DNA of 64,000 nt from Minisyncoccota bacterium (GCA_041660505.1 JBAZWG010000001.1:375183-439182), one strand, 5' to 3'; counted from the first letter of the stretch, positions 10,548-22,235 are shown. Notes: generated by a model from the letters alone, not told the origin. Program-made: numbers and translations.

Positions 10548-11342
10548 ATGAACGAGCTATCTCCAGAATCGGCACACGACCAAGAGAGCGTCGAGAAAAA
10601 TGTGAAACAGATAGAGAGCCTTATCAGTATGATTATCGGCGTCGATATGAAGGAGCTGCAGGCGCTGGAAATAAATACCCTTGGCCACGAACTTTCCGAA
10701 ACCGAAAAACAATATAAAACAGACATTGTCGCTCATATAAAAGAGACTCGGTCGCTCGAGTTAACTTGTCGTAAACTTGTAGAAGACTTCCTGATAACCT
10801 TCCCCGTAGACCTAGGCTTCATTAATACAGTCAGACATATCATTTCACTCTCGGGCAAAGGTGATCCGACAGAGGATTTGGCAACGTATGTAAAAGATAA
10901 ACAAAAAGTCTGGAACAACAAACTTGATTTCGAACTTTCAGGTAAACAAACAATTACGGTTGATCTCGATGATAATAAAAAATTATTGGTAGAGAACAAC
11001 GGCAAATCGATCTTCTTTTCATGCGCTTTCGAACCGGCAATCTATAAACTTAATACCAAAGTCGGACCGAAGGAACCGATTAAAATAATGACTCGTAATT
11101 TGACAGACGCAGACTACGCGAAGATAGTCGAAACGATGAGGGGGCTCGAGGGATATATAGGTGGACTATTCAGAAATTATTGGGACTTATGTAAAAAAAC
11201 TGGTTCTGCCGACGCAGAAAAAGAAAAGAACGATATCGGTAAAGAAATATTACTGAAGACATGGAACACTCACGAGGCAGAGATAATCATAGCGAGCATG
11301 GAACTTTTGAGCCAGCACTTGTCAGAGCAGAGCCTGCATTAG
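10548..11342 (+). CDS. Hypothetical protein
   Basis: 264-aa ORF starting 2 bp after the upstream stop; no motif recognised. Confidence 0.65.
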   Translation: MNELSPESAHDQESVEKNVKQIESLISMIIGVDMKELQALEINTLGHELSETEKQYKTDIVAHIKETRSLELTCRKLVEDFLITFPVDLGFINTVRHIISLSGKGDPTEDLATYVKDKQKVWNNKLDFELSGKQTITVDLDDNKKLLVENNGKSIFFSCAFEPAIYKLNTKVGPKEPIKIMTRNLTDADYAKIVETMRGLEGYIGGLFRNYWDLCKKTGSADAEKEKNDIGKEILLKTWNTHEAEIIIASMELLSQHLSEQSLH

Positions 11343-11353
11343 AACTTCGTTTG

Positions 11354-11424
11354 TGGACCTGGGGGGAATCGGACCCCCGCCTCAGCAATGCGAATGCTGC
11401 GTAATACCACTTTACTACAGGCCC
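11354..11424 (-). tRNA. tRNA-Ala(CGC)
   Basis: Reverse complement GGGCCTG...CAGGTCCA with G3:U70; anticodon arm cagca-TT CGC AT-tgctg; T loop TCCGATT. Confidence 0.93.
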
Positions 11425-11511
11425 TAGCGTCCGTGTACTATACCGTGAAACTGGGCTGTATTCAAGCACACAGGGCAGTCTTCTGGGGCTCGCAGAAAAC
11501 TGCCCTGTGTG

Positions 11512-12756
11512 CTATGGCAGGAATTTCTTTTTTCGCAAAAGTTTGTGGTAGGCAATGGCGAAACGATGTGACTCGCTGTTGGCGAGGAGAATTGCATCGG
11601 ACTTGCCTAGTATATTTTTCTTCTCACCCAATATTTCTCGCGGCTTATGGCGTTCATCTTTTACTACGCTGACAACCGGAATAGTAAAACCTTTTTGTTC
11701 TAAAACTTCTTCAGCTGTATTTTTTTGCGGATAACCACCGTCGGTGACTATCAAATCCGGTAGTGGCCATTCGTCATGACCGAGCCTGCGCGTGAGCACC
11801 TCCTTCAAATTCGCAATGTCGTTCCCGCCCGACATTGCCTGCAGCTTCAGTCGCTGGCGGGCGGGCACACTGCCTTCGGCTAACTTTTTTATTTTGAATT
11901 TTCTGTAGCCAGACTTTTTTGCTATTCCGTTTTCAATGACGACCATGACGCCCACACTGTTTTTACCCGATAAGTGTGCAACGTCATACGCTTCTATTCT
12001 AAAATCAGAAGTATCGATATCTGTCTTAATCAAAGAAATATCGTGGATGTGTTGTAACGAAAAAATCTGTCGTTTTTTCTCTCCCGCCTTTTCAAAATCC
12101 TGCGCTTTTGAAAATTCAGCCATTTCTCGTTCGAGCAATTTAATAACTTTCTGTTTCTTACCTTCAAAAAAAAGTTTGATATTTCTGACGGTTTTCATGT
12201 ATTCCGTGCGCGTAACTTTACCAATACAAGTACCAGGACATACGCCCAATTCATAATCAAAACATGGACGCAATACTCCCCTCTCCTTCGGGGAGGGGTC
12301 GGGGGTGGGGTTGTGCGTATTAAAAGGAAATAATTTGCGAATTAATTCATACGCCGCGCGCAAACTTTGCGCACCGGGGAATGGCCCGTAGGTGCCCGCA
12401 CCGCGCGTGAGTAAAATTCTTGGGAACGGATCTCTTGTAATCGTCACATAAAGAAAGCTTTTATCATCTTTATCTTTTGTATTGTAAGGTGGCTGTAATT
12501 TCTTTATCATCTGCGCCTCGAGTATGAGCGCCTCAAGTACCGAATCTGTCTTCACATATCCGATAGTCGTCGCCTCGCCCACCATATTCACGATATGCGC
12601 ACCCCGCGTGTAACCAAGGTCGGATGAGAAATAACTCCGCACTCGTGAGCGCAGAGATGTCGCCTTGCCTACGTACAAAACCGTGGCACCTCGTTTGAAT
12701 AGGTACACCCCCGGCTCTCCGGGCAACTTAATATCCTTGAATTCTTGTATAGTCAT
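11512..12756 (-). CDS. uvrC: Excinuclease ABC subunit C (short form lacking the C-terminal HhH domain)
   Basis: GIY-YIG (PGVYLF..YVGKATSLRSRVRSYF), UVR domain, RNase H-like IEAYDVAH, PDLIVTDGG, ESHRFAI. Confidence 0.92.
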   Translation of the reverse strand: MTIQEFKDIKLPGEPGVYLFKRGATVLYVGKATSLRSRVRSYFSSDLGYTRGAHIVNMVGEATTIGYVKTDSVLEALILEAQMIKKLQPPYNTKDKDDKSFLYVTITRDPFPRILLTRGAGTYGPFPGAQSLRAAYELIRKLFPFNTHNPTPDPSPKERGVLRPCFDYELGVCPGTCIGKVTRTEYMKTVRNIKLFFEGKKQKVIKLLEREMAEFSKAQDFEKAGEKKRQIFSLQHIHDISLIKTDIDTSDFRIEAYDVAHLSGKNSVGVMVVIENGIAKKSGYRKFKIKKLAEGSVPARQRLKLQAMSGGNDIANLKEVLTRRLGHDEWPLPDLIVTDGGYPQKNTAEEVLEQKGFTIPVVSVVKDERHKPREILGEKKNILGKSDAILLANSESHRFAIAYHKLLRKKKFLP

Positions 12757-12818
12757 CGTTGTTACAGTATCATATCTTTAGTTCCGATCAACAGGCCGAA
12801 TGAAAGGAGGTGAAATCC

Positions 12819-13007
12819 GTGGAGGATGTCATTATTGGCAAGGCCAAGCATCTCTGGAAGGATATCGGGAGCACCCGTCTCTCGAATCCGGAACTATCGG
12901 AGAAGGCCAGAGAGCTTCATGTTCGCCTGGCCGAAGACGGACATGTCGTTTCATTCCCGTTTGTCATGTCCGTTCTCTGCCTAGAATACTGGACAGAAAC
13001 GGGGTGA
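12819..13007 (+). CDS. Small orphan protein with a strong SD
   Basis: AAAGGAGGTGA at 12803-12813, GTG start at 12819; hairpin after the stop. Confidence 0.55.
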   Translation: MEDVIIGKAKHLWKDIGSTRLSNPELSEKARELHVRLAEDGHVVSFPFVMSVLCLEYWTETG

Positions 13008-13060
13008 CGGAATACCTGTTGAGCACGTCCCGACCCCAAAAAGGTCGGGCGCGCTTGTTA

Positions 13061-15634
13061 TTACTTCTTCAAATGTTTCTTTAAATATTTTCCGGTTTCG
13101 GATTTCGAATCGTTCGCAATGTCTTCTGGCGTGCCTTTGGCAATAACATGCCCGCCTTTGATACCGCCTTCTGGGCCAAGGTCGATGACCCAGTCTGCAG
13201 TCTTTATCACATCCAGGTTGTGTTCTATTACTACCACGGTGTTACCCCTGTCTACCAATCTGTTCAAGACTTTAAGCAAATTTTCGATATCGGCAAAGTG
13301 TAAACCGGTTGTCGGCTCATCAAGTAAGTATAAAGTCTTGGTCGTATCGCGCTTACCAAGTTCGGCCGAGAGCTTCACCCTTTGCGCTTCCCCACCGGAC
13401 AAGGTCGTAGCCGGCTGGCCGAGCTCGAGGTAGCCGAGGCCAACATCGTTCAAGATTTTTAATTTATCGTGCAACCATGGGATATCATCGAAGAACTTTT
13501 CCGCTTCTTCTATTGTCATCTTGAGTATCTGATAAATATTTTTCTTTTTATATTCTACTTCCAATGTTTCGCGATCGAAGCGCTTGCCTCGGCAAACGTC
13601 ACATTCTACATACACCGTAGGCAAGAAGTGCATCTCGATGGCGATAAGCCCGTGACCTTCACAGTTTTCGCAGCGTCCGCCGGGCACATTAAATGAGAAC
13701 CGGCCCGGCTTGTACCCACGCACGCGAGCGTCCTCTGTTGAGGCAAACATATCGCGAATGAATGTCCAAGCACCCACATAGGTGGCCGGGTTAGAACGTG
13801 GTGTCCTGCCTATCGCCGCTTGGTCGATAGTGATAACACGGTCGACGTATTCTGCACCAAGGAGCTCATGACATGGCTGTACTCCGACGCTTCGGTCGGA
13901 GCTGCTCGCGACGCTCGCGTGATATGGATCTTTCGAACGCATCATTTTATACAGCACATCGTATACAAGCGATGACTTGCCCGAGCCGGAGACGCCAGTC
14001 ACTGCCGTGATACGTCTTAACGGTATGTCTACATTTAAATTCTTTAAATTATTCGCCTTGGCTCCTCTAATTTTTAAATATGCGTGACCTTGTTTGATAT
14101 CACGGCGCTTGGGCACTTCTATCTTCATCTCTCCGCGCAAATATTTAAGTGTGGGCGAAGTTTGCTTTTTATCATCTATCAAGTCTGGCATCGGGCCTTC
14201 GGCAATTATCCTCCCACCGTGGATGCCGGCCGCTGGGCCAAAGTCGACTAAATGGTCAGACGACCAAATTGTATCTTCGTCATGCTCGACAACAATAATA
14301 GTGTTGCCAAGATCGCGCAGGTCGTGCAATGTTTTAATAAGCTTCGCATTATCGCGCTGGTGCAAACCTATGGTCGGCTCATCAAGCACGTATAAAGTGC
14401 CGGTTAATCGCGAGCCGACTTGTGAAGCAAGTCTTATTCTCTGCGCTTCCCCACCGGATAAACTGCCGGATTTTCTATCGAGCGTCAAATATTCCAACCC
14501 GACGTCTATCATAAATTTAAGTCTATTCTTGATTTCTTTTATCGGGACTTCTGTAATCTGCGTACCCTTCATGCCAGAGAAAAAAGTAAAAGCCGTATTA
14601 ATAGACATTTCAGAAATGCTCACAATATTTTTTTCTTTTATCAAAACATTCAGTGCCTCTTCGCGCAGGCGCTTGCCGTGACACTTGGGGCACACCTCAT
14701 CGCTCCAAACATCTTTGGTCCCCAAACCGTGGCAGACATCACAAGCGCCGTATGGACTATTGAAAGAAAAGAGGCGTGGCTCAATCTCGGGAAAAGTAAA
14801 ATTATCTTCCGGGCAGGTGAACTTTGACGACAAAAGTAACTCGGTCTTTCCCGTTACTATGTTTACCAGTTCATTTCCATATTTCAAAGCAGACTCAACC
14901 GCCTCAGATAATCTAAGTCTGTTTTCTTTATTACTAAAATCACTCATGGTCGGGATTTCGTCTACCACAAGCTCTATCGTGTGCGCTTTGTAACGAGACA
15001 AATTAATCCGTTCTTTAAGCGAATACCACTCGCCATCAACGCGCACCTCACGAAAGCCAGCATTTAGGAAATCGTAGAGCATCTGATAGTACTCCCCCTT
15101 GCGCCCGCGCACCGCCGGAGCCATAATCTTTATCGAATCGTAAGAATTTTTTACGAGTTGCTTGAGCGTTTTTGAGTTGTCCGAGGTCTCGCCTCGGACA
15201 TGAGAAAATTCGATAATCGCATCCACGATTTGCTCGTTTGTAAGCTTTTTAATCTCCCGACCACAGGTTGGGCAGAATGGCGTACCCGCACGTGCGAACA
15301 AGACGCGCAGATAGTCGTAAATTTCTGTTGTCGTCGCCACTGTGGAACGTGGATTGTGCGAATGGCTCTTCTGATCAATAGAAATAGACGGCGAGAGTCC
15401 ATCTATCTCATCAACGTCCGGCTTATCTAATTTCCCCAAGAATTGCCGCGCATAAGCAGAAAGAGACTCGATATATCGGCGCTGGCCCTCGGCAAATATG
15501 GTGTCGAAGGCGAGAGAAGACTTACCCGAGCCCGAAAGGCCGGTAAAAACGGTCATCTTCCCACGCGGTATCTCTAAATTCACATTCTTGAGATTATGCT
15601 CCCGCGCGCCTTTAATTATGATTTTGTCTTGCAT
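13061..15634 (-). CDS. uvrA: Excinuclease ABC subunit A
   Basis: GAREHNLKN, two Walker A motifs ([18 protein letters not shown]), LSGGEAQR twice, zinc fingers. Confidence 0.98.
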   Translation of the reverse strand: MQDKIIIKGAREHNLKNVNLEIPRGKMTVFTGLSGSGKSSLAFDTIFAEGQRRYIESLSAYARQFLGKLDKPDVDEIDGLSPSISIDQKSHSHNPRSTVATTTEIYDYLRVLFARAGTPFCPTCGREIKKLTNEQIVDAIIEFSHVRGETSDNSKTLKQLVKNSYDSIKIMAPAVRGRKGEYYQMLYDFLNAGFREVRVDGEWYSLKERINLSRYKAHTIELVVDEIPTMSDFSNKENRLRLSEAVESALKYGNELVNIVTGKTELLLSSKFTCPEDNFTFPEIEPRLFSFNSPYGACDVCHGLGTKDVWSDEVCPKCHGKRLREEALNVLIKEKNIVSISEMSINTAFTFFSGMKGTQITEVPIKEIKNRLKFMIDVGLEYLTLDRKSGSLSGGEAQRIRLASQVGSRLTGTLYVLDEPTIGLHQRDNAKLIKTLHDLRDLGNTIIVVEHDEDTIWSSDHLVDFGPAAGIHGGRIIAEGPMPDLIDDKKQTSPTLKYLRGEMKIEVPKRRDIKQGHAYLKIRGAKANNLKNLNVDIPLRRITAVTGVSGSGKSSLVYDVLYKMMRSKDPYHASVASSSDRSVGVQPCHELLGAEYVDRVITIDQAAIGRTPRSNPATYVGAWTFIRDMFASTEDARVRGYKPGRFSFNVPGGRCENCEGHGLIAIEMHFLPTVYVECDVCRGKRFDRETLEVEYKKKNIYQILKMTIEEAEKFFDDIPWLHDKLKILNDVGLGYLELGQPATTLSGGEAQRVKLSAELGKRDTTKTLYLLDEPTTGLHFADIENLLKVLNRLVDRGNTVVVIEHNLDVIKTADWVIDLGPEGGIKGGHVIAKGTPEDIANDSKSETGKYLKKHLKK

Positions 15635-15819
15635 ATACTTTTAACTTTAAAACTTTCTACTTTTTAACTAAAAACAGCCCCTGTTTTAGATCCCTAGGGG
15701 TATATTCACGCCAGACAGTATACCACACAATAACCGTTGACTAAAGCGTCCTTGGCTTGTACTATCAACTAATTACAGATCTATTCATTCACGTTTTTCG
15801 ACCAAAAAGGACGGTTCTG

Positions 15820-16056
15820 ATGAGGGCAACTCTAACCGGAGTTTGTGCGCTGACGGCCATCACCCTCGGCGGCACACTGGCAATCGTGGCATACGCACTT
15901 GCCGCGACAGCGATACCGCTGCTTCAGGGCGACCATCTGGCGAGAGCCTACGACGAGTTGTCTCAATTTTTCCGGATAAGCGACAGCCTCATTGGTGTCG
16001 CACTCTGGATTCCGATTTGGTTCATTTTCGAGCAACTCAACCCCCGGCGCGAATGA
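15820..16056 (+). CDS. Small two-TM membrane protein
   Basis: Two hydrophobic segments; probable start at ATG 15820 after AAAAGGA (ORF track starts 15757); GC hairpin 16066-16124 follows. Confidence 0.5.
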   Translation: MRATLTGVCALTAITLGGTLAIVAYALAATAIPLLQGDHLARAYDELSQFFRISDSLIGVALWIPIWFIFEQLNPRRE

Positions 16057-16136
16057 ATTGAAAATAGCCCCCTGTCCGATTACAGCCTGAACTAGAGAGC
16101 CAGGTATGTCGTCGGCAGGGGGCTACGCGTTTCTTG

Positions 16137-16883
16137 CTATTCTGGAGTAAGACCCCAAAGAATGTCGAAGATAACCTTAAAGGCAGTGACTATTTCCGGA
16201 ATAGCAATAATAATAGCTACAGGATTTGTATGGCTCAAAACCAGCACTTTATCATCATGGATGTCCAAACTATCTTGGAATTGATATCCTTCCGGCAGGT
16301 AGCGTGATTCGCGCAATAGTTGCGGGTCGGCAGGGTCACCGCTACGTGAGTCGGCAGTCAGTAACAATTTCGTACTGATTCCCCGCGCACTGCGCTCATA
16401 ACGAAACTTAAGAAAAAAATCTGGGTCGATTGATTCCCATGTCATCGAGGAAATAATCCGATACCAGCGATCTTTTTTCGATTTTGTCTCATATTCATCC
16501 AAAAGTGATTCGTAGAAAGCTGTAATCTCCTTCTTCCCTTCCAGGTATCTGATTCCCAGCTTCTCGGTTTTAATTTTTTCCTGAGTCGGCAAGGTTGGAA
16601 TAAGAGTCTCGAATAGATTCAGCTTCCTGGAAAAAGCACGCGCCAACCACTCCGGCCGTTGGGCGGCATAATTTCGCTTCCCATTCTTAAAATAGACATT
16701 AACCACACCTTTTTCTGCTAATCCCTGCAAGATAGGGTAGATTGTCGTGCGCCTTAGGCCGATCTCTTTGGCCACCGCCGACGCCTGCGAGGCACCGAGT
16801 TTAAGAAGGGCCAAATAGGCCTGTGCCTCTTGCTCGCCCAACCCTAGATTCTTCAATGCCCTGGTTTGTTCGTGATAAGTCAT
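16137..16883 (-). CDS. TrmB-family transcriptional regulator
   Basis: LGLGEQEAQAYLALLKLG..wHTH (RTTIYPILQGL.EKG), C-terminal IHDDKV..FDILW. Confidence 0.88.
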   Translation of the reverse strand: MTYHEQTRALKNLGLGEQEAQAYLALLKLGASQASAVAKEIGLRRTTIYPILQGLAEKGVVNVYFKNGKRNYAAQRPEWLARAFSRKLNLFETLIPTLPTQEKIKTEKLGIRYLEGKKEITAFYESLLDEYETKSKKDRWYRIISSMTWESIDPDFFLKFRYERSARGISTKLLLTADSRSGDPADPQLLRESRYLPEGYQFQDSLDIHDDKVLVLSHTNPVAIIIAIPEIVTAFKVIFDILWGLTPE

Positions 16884-17012
16884 GGTTTAATAGTGTCAAA
16901 ATATTACTACACTTTTAATATTACCGATAATAGCTATATTTTACAAGTATATATTCAAGCATCATTGTTTACAGCTATTTACATAATATACATAATATAT
17001 AATACTAGCGGT

Positions 17013-18704
17013 ATGAATAAAGAAACTAAACAGTGTCAGAATTGCAAAAATAATTTTGCCATCGAACCCGAAGACTTTGCATTTTATGAAAAAATGCAGG
17101 TCCCGGCACCGACTTTCTGCCCTGAGTGCAGGATAATACGGCGATTCAGTTGGAGGAACGAGCGGTCATTGACGCGCAGACCTTGCGGTATTTGCAAGAA
17201 GCCGGTAGTTGCGATTTACTCGGAAACAAATCCTTTTCCCGTATATTGCCGAGATTGCTGGTGGTCGGACAAGTGGGATAGCAGTGACTATGGTCGGGAT
17301 TATGATTTTTCAAAACCATTTTTTTCTCAGTTCATGGAACTTTACAATCAAGTTCCGAAGGTGAACCTTTTCGGACAAAACAACGTGAACTCGGACTATT
17401 CCACCAATGTTTGGAATTGCAAAAATTGTTACCTGTGCACCTCAACGCTGAACTGTGAAGACATATTCTATTCTCGAGGGATGGATGCAAGCTTCTGGTG
17501 TGGCGATTGCCTGCATGTCTCAAAAGGTAATCATGCGTATGAATGCGTAGACTCCTCGAATGTTAATTCGAATTCGTTTCTCTCTGATTCATCCGATTGC
17601 GTTAATTCTCACTTTCTCTTTGACTCGCGCAATTGTTCGGACTGTTTCATGTCGGGTAACCTGCGTAACCGCCGCTTCGTGTTCCGTAATGAACAATGTT
17701 CCGAGGCAGACTACCGGGAGAAAATGGCGCAGATACAGATGAATAGCTACACGATGCTGCTGTCGCTCATTGAGGAATTTGAAAAGGTGAAACGGTCATC
17801 CATACACAGGTTTGCCAAGATACTAAAGAGTAACGACTGTACCGGCAATTCTATTTCTAATTCCCATAATGTAAAGGACAGTTTTTACATCGCCTCCGAC
17901 GGCGAGCACGTGAAGTATTGCTACCGTGGCCATCATATCACCGACGCGTATGACTCATCATTTGTCATCGAGGCCGAAATGGTGTATGAAAATTTGAACA
18001 TCGGCTACGGTGCTACTCGTTCCAAGTTCTGCACCAATATTACGTACAGCATACACGATGTGTCCTATTCCGATGCTTGCTATACCTCATCCGACCTATT
18101 CGGATGCGCAGGGCTGCGCGACAAGAAATACTGTATTCTCAATAAGCAGTATTCGAAAGAAGACTACGAGGCGCTCGTACCGAAAATTATTGAGCATATG
18201 AAGAGCACAGGTGAATATGGCGAATTTTTCCCCACCGCTCTTTCACCTTTTGCCTACAATGAAACGCTCGCACAAGAATATTACCCACTCTCAAAAGACG
18301 AGGTTTTGGCAAGAGGTTACCGGTGGAAAGAATCCGATGCCAAGAAATACGCGATAACCAAAGGTTCGAATGATCTGCCGAACGATATCAAAGATGTTCC
18401 GGATACGATAATCAAAGAGGTCATCATGTGTGCGCACAAGGACAAAGACTGCAACGAAATGTGCGCCACAGCATTTAGAATAATTCCGGCAGAATTAGAG
18501 TTGTATCGTAAAATGGGGTTACCGCTTCCTCGTCTCTGCCCCAACTGCCGCCATTTTGCCCGATTACAGAAAACCGTCCCGCTCAAACTCTGGAAACGGT
18601 CATGCATGAAACCGGGATGTATTAACGAATTTGAAACTTCATATGCACCTGATAAACCCGAGATCGTATATTGCGAATCTTGTTACCAGCAGGAAGTCAG
18701 CTAA
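17013..18704 (+). CDS. Cys-rich multi-zinc-ribbon protein of a CPR-typical uncharacterised family
   Basis: Likely start ATG 17013; CQNC, CPEC, CGIC, CRDC, repetitive Cys/Asn/Ser core, YCILNKQY, GEFFP, IVYCESCY. Confidence 0.85.
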   Translation: MNKETKQCQNCKNNFAIEPEDFAFYEKMQVPAPTFCPECRIIRRFSWRNERSLTRRPCGICKKPVVAIYSETNPFPVYCRDCWWSDKWDSSDYGRDYDFSKPFFSQFMELYNQVPKVNLFGQNNVNSDYSTNVWNCKNCYLCTSTLNCEDIFYSRGMDASFWCGDCLHVSKGNHAYECVDSSNVNSNSFLSDSSDCVNSHFLFDSRNCSDCFMSGNLRNRRFVFRNEQCSEADYREKMAQIQMNSYTMLLSLIEEFEKVKRSSIHRFAKILKSNDCTGNSISNSHNVKDSFYIASDGEHVKYCYRGHHITDAYDSSFVIEAEMVYENLNIGYGATRSKFCTNITYSIHDVSYSDACYTSSDLFGCAGLRDKKYCILNKQYSKEDYEALVPKIIEHMKSTGEYGEFFPTALSPFAYNETLAQEYYPLSKDEVLARGYRWKESDAKKYAITKGSNDLPNDIKDVPDTIIKEVIMCAHKDKDCNEMCATAFRIIPAELELYRKMGLPLPRLCPNCRHFARLQKTVPLKLWKRSCMKPGCINEFETSYAPDKPEIVYCESCYQQEVS

Positions 18705-20800
18705 ACTTTTTTATCTTTCTCCGCCTCCTTCCCCAGTTCATGCAGATCTTTCGTGAGCGTCTTTACTTCATCGCGCAGGAGCGCGGCGAGTTCAAAGTCT
18801 AGTTGTTTGGCCGCTTCTTTCATCTCTCTTTCTTTTTCTTTAATTAATTTCTCTAACGCTCTGGTTGTTTTTGGTACTGGCTTTAATTCCAGATTCAAAA
18901 CCTCTTCCGGCAAGATATCTTTTATCTCTTTGATAATAGTCTTGGGCGTGATGCCATGCTCTTTGTTATATGCGAGCTGTAAGGTACGGCGCTTGTTGGT
19001 CACGTCGAGCGCCTTCTGCATCGAGCCGGTCATAATGTCGCCGTAGAGAATGACTTGCCCCGACACATTGCGCGCCGCACGGCCGATAGTCTGAATGAGC
19101 GATGTTTCGCTTCGCAAGAATCCTTCTTTGTCGGCATCGAGTATCGCGACGAGAGAAACTTCCGGCAGGTCGAGACCCTCGCGAAGTAAGTTTACGCCCA
19201 CCAGCACGTCATACTTCCCTTTCCGGAATTCTGTAAGTATTTTTATTCTATCAAAAGTTTTTACATCGCTATGCAGATAGGCCGCTTTATATTTCTTCTC
19301 TTCCAAGTAGGCGCTCAAGTCCTCCGCCATCTTCTTGGTTAAGGTCGTTATCATTATTCTCTCTTTTTTCAGAATAACCGGATCAAGTCTTTTCTTTAAG
19401 TCCTCGATTTGTCCGCGCGCCGGAGACAAAATAATTTCGGGGTCAACCAGCCCAGTCGGTCGAATAATTTGTTCCGCGACCTGCGCGCTTTCCTTCAGCT
19501 CTTCTTCGCCCGGCGTAGCCGAGGTATATACCACTTGGCCGATCTTCGCCTCAAATTCTTCATAGCGCAAAGGCCGATTCTCGGCGGCAGAAGGAAGTCT
19601 GAAGCCGTACTCAATCAATGTCTTTTTGCGCGCCTGATCGCCAAAGTACATCCCGCGTATCTGGGGCAGTGTGATATGCGACTCGTCGATAATAGTGAGG
19701 AAGTCGGGAAACGGAGCGAGGCCATTCCCTCGTGAAGTTGACGAGGAGAGACCTCCTCCTGCCGCCCGATTGGCGGCTTGGGTCGTCGGAGGACTCACCT
19801 CATCAACTTGGGGAAAGTACGAGAGTAAGGAGTCAGGTGAGTCGCCTGGTTGCCTACCAGACAGATGCATCGAATAATTCTCGATACCACTGCAATATCC
19901 CACTTCACGGATCATCGCGAGGTCAAACTTGGTGCGACGTTCGATACGTTCTGCTTCGAGAAGTTTCCCTTCTTTTTCAAACTTTGCGAGCTGGGTTTTG
20001 AGTTCTGCCTGTATAGCTTTAATCGCACGCTCACGGTCAACACCTTCTGTAATGAAATGCTTAGCCGGCGCTATAGCCACAGTATCAACACTCGGTGTTG
20101 ATTTGGTCACGCCTTCCACGGGGTTAATCGCCAATATTTCAGAAATATAACCGTTCTGGACGCGCAAGTTATAAATAACCTCCTCATTCGCCGGCATTAT
20201 CTCCCATTGGTCACCACGGAGGCGGAATGTCCCGCGCGTTAGGTCTGCTGTCGTGCGCTTGAATTGGAGATTAATCAGTTTTTTTACTAAACTTGCGCGC
20301 TCTATCGCTAACCCAACATTAAAGAATAAAATATTCTCGCGATAGCGCTCCGGCGCACCGAGGCCGTAGATGCATGATACCGACGCCACTATTATCGTAT
20401 CTTTACGCGTAAGTAACGACATCGTCGCCGCGTGACGCAAACGGTCTATCTCCTCGTTAATCATCGCTTCTTTCTCTATATAAGTGTCAGTGATGGGCAT
20501 ATAAGCCTCGGGCTGGTAGTAGTCGTAATAGGAGACAAAGTAATGCACGGCGTTATTAGGGAATAATTCTCGAAATTCGTTACAGAGCTGAGCGGCGAGA
20601 GTCTTATTGTGCGCAATAACCAAGGTCGGCTTCCTCGCCTGTGCGATAACATTAGCCATTGTGAACGTCTTGCCACTACCGGTCACGCCGAGCAAGGTCT
20701 GCTTGGCCATACCCGCGTCTAAGCCAGCCACAAGCTTATTTATGGCCTTAGGCTGGTCGCCTGCCGGGGCATGTTTGGACTTAAGGTCGAAAATAGGCAT
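18701..20800 (-). CDS. uvrB: Excinuclease ABC subunit B
   Basis: GDQPKAI, GVTGSGKT, YFVSYYDYYQPEAY, DESH, C-terminal FELAALLRD. Confidence 0.98.
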   Translation of the reverse strand: MPIFDLKSKHAPAGDQPKAINKLVAGLDAGMAKQTLLGVTGSGKTFTMANVIAQARKPTLVIAHNKTLAAQLCNEFRELFPNNAVHYFVSYYDYYQPEAYMPITDTYIEKEAMINEEIDRLRHAATMSLLTRKDTIIVASVSCIYGLGAPERYRENILFFNVGLAIERASLVKKLINLQFKRTTADLTRGTFRLRGDQWEIMPANEEVIYNLRVQNGYISEILAINPVEGVTKSTPSVDTVAIAPAKHFITEGVDRERAIKAIQAELKTQLAKFEKEGKLLEAERIERRTKFDLAMIREVGYCSGIENYSMHLSGRQPGDSPDSLLSYFPQVDEVSPPTTQAANRAAGGGLSSSTSRGNGLAPFPDFLTIIDESHITLPQIRGMYFGDQARKKTLIEYGFRLPSAAENRPLRYEEFEAKIGQVVYTSATPGEEELKESAQVAEQIIRPTGLVDPEIILSPARGQIEDLKKRLDPVILKKERIMITTLTKKMAEDLSAYLEEKKYKAAYLHSDVKTFDRIKILTEFRKGKYDVLVGVNLLREGLDLPEVSLVAILDADKEGFLRSETSLIQTIGRAARNVSGQVILYGDIMTGSMQKALDVTNKRRTLQLAYNKEHGITPKTIIKEIKDILPEEVLNLELKPVPKTTRALEKLIKEKEREMKEAAKQLDFELAALLRDEVKTLTKDLHELGKEAEKDKKV

Positions 20801-20822
20801 ACGTTTGCCTATTATAACACAG

Positions 20823-21224
20823 TTATTTTAAAGGGTGTTTTTCCTCGAGTTTCCTCTTTATTTCGTCAATTCCCTTCTGTATTAAATCTCCTTCAAGGTC
20901 TAGTACCGGCAAATCGATAAATTCGACTTTTTCCATACTGTCTTTCTTTGCAGGAGTGCTTTTTATTATTATGTGATATGAGGCGACGTTATTCACAAGG
21001 TAGGAAAGGGCTTTTTTCCTCAATTCTTCATCCGGCAAACTTCTCCCGCCTAGTAAATTTTGCACGACAAAATCAATCGCCTTGTCGCATAATTCCACGA
21101 TCATAGGCGTTACTTCATCTGCATCGAACGACCCCATCAGCCAATTAACTCGCTTGTTCAGCTTGCTTATTTTTTCATTCCAATCCGACTTATCTATTTC
21201 CGGTGATATCGCCTCTTCATTCAT
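20823..21224 (-). CDS. Hypothetical protein
   Basis: 133-aa ORF with an AT-rich promoter-like upstream region; no motif recognised. Confidence 0.55.
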   Translation of the reverse strand: MNEEAISPEIDKSDWNEKISKLNKRVNWLMGSFDADEVTPMIVELCDKAIDFVVQNLLGGRSLPDEELRKKALSYLVNNVASYHIIIKSTPAKKDSMEKVEFIDLPVLDLEGDLIQKGIDEIKRKLEEKHPLK

Positions 21225-21252
21225 AATGTGTTACAGTGTAGCATACTTTTTG

Positions 21253-21323
21253 CGGGCTGTAGTATACCGGTAGTACGCGTCCATGGGGTGGATGTAGACC
21301 GGGTTCGATTCCCGGCAGCCCGA
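21253..21323 (+). tRNA. tRNA-Pro(GGG)
   Basis: CGGGCTG/CAGCCCG acceptor; anticodon arm cgtcc-AT GGG GT-ggatg; TTCGATT. Confidence 0.93.
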
Positions 21324-21331
21324 ACGAAAAC

Positions 21332-21362
21332 AAAAAACCGCTCATGATTTGAGCGGTTTTTT
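21332..21362. terminator. Bidirectional intrinsic terminator
   Basis: aaaaaaccgctca-tgatt-tgagcggtttttt between convergent genes. Confidence 0.8.
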
Positions 21363-21371
21363 GTTTTTAAT

Positions 21372-22160
21372 TTATCGTATCTCGTAGCGTAACGTTACGT
21401 CCACGACGATGTCCTGCGAACCCGCCTCGATAGTCGGTGACGGAGCAGACGCACCGCCAAAGCCAACTTCCGCCTTGCTCATCATCGGCGCGTAATCATA
21501 ATACGATCTGCCGCCGCCTTCATCCACGCCAAGCAATCGGCCGAGTGAGAATCCGCCGGCCTTAGCCATGGCCTGCGCTTTGACGCGGGCTTTCTCGATG
21601 GCCTCATCACGGGCAACGGTCTTAAGCGCATCGGGGTCCTCTACGGTAAAGGAGAGACCGGAAACATTGTTGGCGCCCAGATTAGCCACGCCTCCGAGTA
21701 GGTCGCTGATCTTACTGAAATCGCGCACCTTAACCGATACTGACTGCGATACTGTATAGCCGGTAATTTCAGAAGGTGGGCAGGGCTTGACGGCGCCCGA
21801 ACTGTCAACAGTGCGGTAACAATTATAGGTCGTGTATCGCGGCGAGATATTATACGAATCGGTCTTGATATCCTTAGCCTCGACATCATTGGTCTTCAAG
21901 AACGCGATTATCTTATTGCCTTTATCGGTATTGTCCTTCTGGAGTTTGGCGATATCTTTACCGCCTTCGTTTATTACAGAATATGAGAACTGCGCAATAT
22001 CGGGTATGGCCACCACTTTACCCTCGCCGCTCACGCTGACGGAATTCATCGCCGGCGCAATATAACGGAATGTCCCGGCGAAGCTGACGAGCCCATAGGC
22101 AAGCGCCAGTACCGCGACAATAGCGGAGATACCAAACCAATTTTTGATGTTGTTCGACAT
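21372..22160 (-). CDS. SIMPL-domain (DUF541/YggE-like) protein
   Basis: VSVSGEGKVVAIPDIA, IKTDSYNISPRY, GANNVSGLSF, AREKA-like motif; likely start ATG 22160. Confidence 0.9.
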   Translation of the reverse strand: MSNNIKNWFGISAIVAVLALAYGLVSFAGTFRYIAPAMNSVSVSGEGKVVAIPDIAQFSYSVINEGGKDIAKLQKDNTDKGNKIIAFLKTNDVEAKDIKTDSYNISPRYTTYNCYRTVDSSGAVKPCPPSEITGYTVSQSVSVKVRDFSKISDLLGGVANLGANNVSGLSFTVEDPDALKTVARDEAIEKARVKAQAMAKAGGFSLGRLLGVDEGGGRSYYDYAPMMSKAEVGFGGASAPSPTIEAGSQDIVVDVTLRYEIR

Positions 22161-22235
22161 AATATTATAGTTAATCTTAATGCCAAGAATATAGCACAAA
22201 GCAGTGTTTTATGATAGTATTCTGAAGATATATTA